Origin: an uncultured delta proteobacterium
GTDB taxonomy: Bacteria > Desulfobacterota > Binatia > HRBIN30 > BPIQ01
Length of the DNA: 64,000 nt
Direction: 5' to 3'
Assembly: GCA_963761335.1 (NCBI GenBank)
Contig: CAVXGR010000018.1
Location: forward strand, 224,001 to 288,000
In this document: positions 59,788 through 64,000 of the stretch, one piece after another
Position numbering within the stretch: position 1 is the first letter of the stretch
Layout of the letters: each line of letters opens with the position of its first letter
Program-made: the position numbers and the translations under genes
The notes under the pieces: model-generated
What the model saw: only the letters and a program-made list of their open reading frames with translations
Database searches by the model: none
Told to the model about the DNA's origin: nothing

Positions 59788-60773
59788 CACGAGCCGGCCG
59801 CCAGGGGCGAGGTCGCGCCGCTGTCGCGGTGCTGCCGGGCCCGCTCGGCCCACACCCGCTTGGCGTCCCGATAGCCGGCGGCGATCAGACGCTGGTTCTT
59901 CGAGGGATAGGCGTTGAAGACGTCGAGCGCGCTGAAGCCGCTGAACTCTTCCCCGGGCTCGACGATGGTGACCGGCACGCCGTGAAAGCGGCCGTGCTCC
60001 ATGCGCGCATAGATGTAGCCCATGTTGCCGACCGTGCGCCACATGACGTCGATGAAGCGCGAGGCGAGCCCGACCAGGGAGCGGAAGCGCCCCTTGAAGG
60101 GGAGCTGCGTGGGAATGGGAGCGAGGATGTAGATCTCGGTGGCGCCGATCTCGATGGCGTACTCGAGCGGGATGTTCCAGGCGAAGCCGCCGTCGACGAA
60201 GTACTCGTCGCGGTAGCGGATCGGTGGGAAGAGCAGGGGAATGGCGTAGCCGGCGCGCATCATGATGCGCAGCTCCTGCCAGTCGGCGAGATCCTTCTTG
60301 TTGTATACCTCGCCCAGACCACGCGACAGGTTGAGGACGATGAAGGCCAGCTCGAGCGGTGCCTCGAAGATGCTGGGGAAGTCGACGAACCTCTCCAGGG
60401 CCCGGGTCAGACGGTTCATGGAGAAGAACGACAGGCCGACCAGCGGGTTGTGGGTCAGGCTGGGCGAGATCAGATAGGGCAGGGAGCGGAAGCTCTTCCA
60501 GGCCTCTTCGAGCCGCGGCAGGCCGCCGCTGGCGTACACACAGGCGTTGATCACGCCGATCGAGCTGCCGATGATGGCGTCGGGCTGAATGCCCTGCTCC
60601 TGCAGGAAGCGCATCGCCCCGACCTGGTGCGCCCCCAACGCCGCGCCGCCGCCGAGGATGAAGATCCGCTTCTGGGGCGATGGCTTGCTCGCCGGCTTGC
60701 GCTTGGCCCTGGCGTCGACCGGCGCGCCGCCGTCTGTCTGCTCCGCTCTTCGCCGGCGACGGGGTTTGTCCAT
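59787..60773 (-). CDS. Patatin-like phospholipase
   Basis: LGGGAALGAHQVG, GSSIG, VDGG. Confidence 0.9.
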   Translation of the reverse strand: MDKPRRRRRAEQTDGGAPVDARAKRKPASKPSPQKRIFILGGGAALGAHQVGAMRFLQEQGIQPDAIIGSSIGVINACVYASGGLPRLEEAWKSFRSLPYLISPSLTHNPLVGLSFFSMNRLTRALERFVDFPSIFEAPLELAFIVLNLSRGLGEVYNKKDLADWQELRIMMRAGYAIPLLFPPIRYRDEYFVDGGFAWNIPLEYAIEIGATEIYILAPIPTQLPFKGRFRSLVGLASRFIDVMWRTVGNMGYIYARMEHGRFHGVPVTIVEPGEEFSGFSALDVFNAYPSKNQRLIAAGYRDAKRVWAERARQHRDSGATSPLAAGS

Positions 60774-60775
60774 CC

Positions 60776-61786
60776 TCACTCCCGCAACAGCACGTCGGTT
60801 CCGAGACGCACCGTCTGCAACAGCTTCCTCAGGCGATTGCTGCGACCGACCTGGCGGCGCAGGCGCACGATCAGCATGCGTTCCAGGCGATAGCGGTCGA
60901 GCTTCTTCGGCTTCGGCTTGGCGCCCGTAGAGCCGGCGCGCTCGACCGGATCCCACAGCGACTCGAGCGGGTGACCCCAGAGCGCCAGATCGGCGGGATC
61001 CAGGTGGGCGATCATCTCCTGGCAGAGCCGCAGCCGCGCCGGCTCGCTGGCCACCTCGACGGCCCACTTGTCGATCGACTCCGTGGTCGGGCGCGAGTGC
61101 TTGGCGACGCCGATCGGGTCTCCCAGCCCTTTCTCCACCGGTTGCTGTCGCCCGTACTCGACGGCGGCGGGCTCGTCGGGCACGCCCAGGAAGGCGAAGA
61201 TCTCCGCCAGATGGCGCTGCGGATCGCGAACCAGGTCCTCGTAGACGACGTGGTGGATCGGTGCCTTGCGCTCCCGCAGGAACTTGGCGATCGCCGGCAC
61301 ATAGCGCTCCAGGATCGGGTTGTAGTCGTGCGCCGCCTGGTAGTCGCTGTTGAAGAAGGACTCGGCGTAGGAGCTGAAGACGGCGAGCGGATGGCGGGTG
61401 AGCACGACGTAATGGGCGGCGGGGTAGATGCGCGCGATGAAGTCGAGCACCAGCGCGTAAGCCGGAGTCTTGTCGAGAAAGAGGGTCTTCCCCGGCTTGG
61501 TCTCGAGCATGCGGAGATAGAGGGTGTCGGCGTAGGCGCGGCAGGCGTCGACATAGTCCTGCTCACCGCGGGGCAGGTCGGCGACGAACTCGCGTGTCGA
61601 CTCGGCGGCGAGGACGGCGTCGTAGGGCGCCTTGTCGACCTTGGCGTAGTAGCCGAGGTGCGCCAGCGGCGTCAGCAGATGCGGCTCCGGCCTTCCGTAG
61701 ATGAGCGAGTGCGCGCCGATCATCCTGGCGAGCAAGGTCGAGCCCGAGCGCGGCGAGCCGATGACGAAGATAACCTTGTCTTCCAC
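60776..61786 (-). CDS. PAPS-dependent sulfotransferase
   Basis: GSPRSGSTLL (5'-PSB), DKTP, RHPLAVFSS (3'-PB), YEDLVRDP. Confidence 0.92.
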   Translation of the reverse strand: MEDKVIFVIGSPRSGSTLLARMIGAHSLIYGRPEPHLLTPLAHLGYYAKVDKAPYDAVLAAESTREFVADLPRGEQDYVDACRAYADTLYLRMLETKPGKTLFLDKTPAYALVLDFIARIYPAAHYVVLTRHPLAVFSSYAESFFNSDYQAAHDYNPILERYVPAIAKFLRERKAPIHHVVYEDLVRDPQRHLAEIFAFLGVPDEPAAVEYGRQQPVEKGLGDPIGVAKHSRPTTESIDKWAVEVASEPARLRLCQEMIAHLDPADLALWGHPLESLWDPVERAGSTGAKPKPKKLDRYRLERMLIVRLRRQVGRSNRLRKLLQTVRLGTDVLLRE

Positions 61787-61833
61787 CGCCTGCAGTTATG
61801 GCAGAAGGAGCCGGCAGGGCCAAGGTCGGGCGG

Positions 61834-62826
61834 TTAGAAGAAAAGCGAGCGCCGCTCGCGGAGGCCGCGGTCGAGCATCGACTGAATGGCGTCCCTGACC
61901 TTGTCCACCTGGCGCTCGATGACCTCGTCCTCGTCATGGGCGTTGCCGGAGAAGCGCATGGGCTTGCCGAAGTAGATGCGGTACTTCACCGGAAAGGGGA
62001 TGAGGCCGAGGGGGCCGAGCCACGGCCAGGTGAGCGTCACCGGGAACGCCGGCGTGCCGAGGAGATGCGCGATTGGCATGACGTTGGCGATTCCGGGCGC
62101 CTGCTCCTCGGAGCCGACCACGGCGACGGGAACGATGGGGGTGTTGGTCTCGATCGCCAGCCGCATGAAGCCGAGGCCGAACTCCTGGAGCTGATAAGCC
62201 TGGCTGTAGAGCTTGTTCATGCCGCGCACGCCCTCGGGGAAGGCGATCACCGCCTCCTCGTTCTGCAGCAGCTCGATGCAGTTCTTGGGTGTGCCGACCA
62301 CCGAGCCGGAGCGCAACATGGCGACGTTCACCCAGGGCACCGTCGGCAGCCAGTACTCGCCCATGCCGCGCAGGACGCGGGGCGGCGTTCCCTCGAGGAA
62401 GGCGGCGGCGCCGATCATGGTGGCGTCGATGGCGATCTGCCCGGCGTGGTTGCCGATGACCATGACGCGGCCGGCGGGAATGTTCTCGACCCCGTGCGTC
62501 TCGACGCGGAAGTAATAGCGGTAGAAGAGGGTGCTGATCAGCAGGGCGAGGCTGGCGCTGTCGGGGTTGAAGCCCCACGGGTCGAAGCCGTAGCTGTTCA
62601 GCTGGGTGGGGATCTTGCGCATCTTGACGCCGATCTCGTCCTGGATCGCCTCGATCACCCGCGGATTCACGAGGCGCAGCAGCTGGCGCCCGAAGTCGAG
62701 CAGCTCGTCGATGGGATCGGGGCCGGGCTTGGCCTCCGCGGCCCGCGACGGCGGCACCAGCCGCACTTTTGCCGCCCGCCCGGCCACGCGCCGGCGTGTT
62801 TCGACCTCTTTCACTTTGACTGCCAT
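61834..62826 (-). CDS. PlsC/DGAT-like lysophospholipid acyltransferase
   Basis: YGFDPWG, NHAGQIAID, FPEG, GFMRLA, PIVPVAVVGSEE. Confidence 0.9.
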   Translation of the reverse strand: MAVKVKEVETRRRVAGRAAKVRLVPPSRAAEAKPGPDPIDELLDFGRQLLRLVNPRVIEAIQDEIGVKMRKIPTQLNSYGFDPWGFNPDSASLALLISTLFYRYYFRVETHGVENIPAGRVMVIGNHAGQIAIDATMIGAAAFLEGTPPRVLRGMGEYWLPTVPWVNVAMLRSGSVVGTPKNCIELLQNEEAVIAFPEGVRGMNKLYSQAYQLQEFGLGFMRLAIETNTPIVPVAVVGSEEQAPGIANVMPIAHLLGTPAFPVTLTWPWLGPLGLIPFPVKYRIYFGKPMRFSGNAHDEDEVIERQVDKVRDAIQSMLDRGLRERRSLFF

Positions 62827-62840
62827 TGTCTCCTCCGGAG

Positions 62841-62907
62841 GCAGGTTGTTAGGTTGTTGGGTTCTGATCAACTAACAACCTAACAACCCAACAACCTAAC
62901 AACCTGC
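62841..62907. repeat. Inverted repeat of 8-bp AACAACCT units
   Basis: gcaggttgttaggttgttgggtt ... aacccaacaacctaacaacctgc. Confidence 0.85.
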
Positions 62908-62912
62908 CTTTC

Positions 62913-63830
62913 TCAGTGCGCCACGCTGGCGAAGATCTCCTCCAGGCTGAACAGCGGCTCGAAGCCGACGGCTTGGCGAAAGCGGGTGCCGTCGATGGTG
63001 CAGGGGAACTTGGCGAAATCGATGGCGCCCGGCGGAAACGGAGAAATGCCGAGCTGGAAGAGTCGGGCGATGGTGGTGCGCGCCAGAAACTCCGGCAGCG
63101 GCACGGCGGTGCTGCCGATCTCGCGGATGGCGACGTGCAGAGGCACGGCCTCGGGGCCGACGACGTTGAAGACGCCGCGGGTGCGCTTCTCGGCGGCGCG
63201 CACGATGGCCTCGGTGACGTCGTCCTCGTGGATGAACTGCAGCATCGGGTCGAAGCCCATGATCGTCGGCACGTAGTCGAGCTTCAGATAGCGGCCGATG
63301 GTGCTGTGCACGTAATAGCCGAGAGTGTTCACGGGGCGCAGGATGCTGGTGGCGATGTGCGGGTACTTCCAGAGAAACATGTTCGCCAGGGTATCGACCT
63401 CGGCGAGATCGCGGATGTCGGGGTAGGTGCGGCTGACGTTCAGGGGCGCGTCCTCGTCGAGGTAGTACGAGTTCTCCGGCAGCGCCCCGTACACGTACGA
63501 GCTCGAGACGATCACCACCTGCTCGACGCCGTACTCGGCGGCGTACTCGAGCAGCCTCTTGGTGCCCATGACGTTGACCTCGTGCCGCACTTCCGGCTCG
63601 GTGCGGAAGTGACGAACGAAGCCGAGATGGATGATGGTGTCGGGCCGCTCGCGGCGGATGAGGTCCTCGAACTTCTTCTTGCGCAGGTCGATGCGGTGGA
63701 CGTCGATCTCGCGCGGGTGGCCGTCCCAGGGCTCGCGGTCGACGCCGATCACACGGGTCTCGGCGAGGAGCCGCTTTGCCACCAGCCGCCCCTGTCCGCC
63801 CGCGATGCCGGTGATCAGGACACGTTCCAT
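62913..63830 (-). CDS. NAD-dependent epimerase/dehydratase (extended SDR)
   Basis: ITGIAGGQG, NVMGT, SSSYVYGA, GFDPMLQFIHEDD, GVFNV. Confidence 0.9.
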   Translation of the reverse strand: MERVLITGIAGGQGRLVAKRLLAETRVIGVDREPWDGHPREIDVHRIDLRKKKFEDLIRRERPDTIIHLGFVRHFRTEPEVRHEVNVMGTKRLLEYAAEYGVEQVVIVSSSYVYGALPENSYYLDEDAPLNVSRTYPDIRDLAEVDTLANMFLWKYPHIATSILRPVNTLGYYVHSTIGRYLKLDYVPTIMGFDPMLQFIHEDDVTEAIVRAAEKRTRGVFNVVGPEAVPLHVAIREIGSTAVPLPEFLARTTIARLFQLGISPFPPGAIDFAKFPCTIDGTRFRQAVGFEPLFSLEEIFASVAH

Positions 63831-63909
63831 GGTGAGAGCCGACTCTAGCGCATTCCGCCGGCGCTGCGAAGCCTGAAAGGCTTCGCGCGCTGTAACCCGG
63901 TAGCTGCCT

Positions 63910-64000
63910 TCAGGCCTCGGCGTCGTCGTAGGAGGCGACCTGCCGCAGGCGGCCGACGTCGGTGATGCGAATGCTGCGCCCCTCGATGGTGATGGCGCCG
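63910..64000 (-). CDS. 3' end of a probable Crp/Fnr family regulator (partial)
   Basis: Translation ...GAITIEGRSIRITDVGRLRQVASYDDAEA* resembles the Crp HTH wing and tail. Confidence 0.55.
   Translation of the reverse strand, partial: GAITIEGRSIRITDVGRLRQVASYDDAEA

Overview
A GC-rich bacterial chromosome segment with about 50 protein-coding genes. The gene content (lipid and CoA metabolism, Myxococcus-type Cys-rich secreted protein, DUF3604, Ehr) suggests a deltaproteobacterial or Binatota-like host, but that is inference. No rRNA, tRNA, CRISPR array, transposase or prophage was recognised. Main blocks in order: divergent TetR / acyl-CoA dehydrogenase with a palindromic operator; a 7-gene hydrogenase-4-like operon led by an HTH-PTS IIA fusion, whose large subunit lacks the Ni-binding cysteines (Ehr type); glnE; a dynamin-like GTPase; a GT-C glycosyltransferase, AmpG and a histidine kinase; a DUF3604-PPIase-HupE/UreJ trio; a divergent sigma54 nitrogen island (glnK-amtB plus two unknown ORFs on one side, a second amt on the other); lspA, glmU, ribB with a degenerate RibA domain, dsbD, an rhlB-like helicase, a cold-shock gene, tandem SDRs, a TMTC-like protein, a CoA transferase and cytochrome c peroxidase; and a minus-strand SDR-acyltransferase-sulfotransferase-patatin-DUF4838-sppA run. 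The intergenic DNA holds at least seven families of short palindromic repeats, including an 8-unit tandem array of GTAG-type REP doublets and a tandem 289-bp element inserted inside another repeat. All family assignments come from motif recognition by eye. Start codons were adjusted by hand and are approximate.
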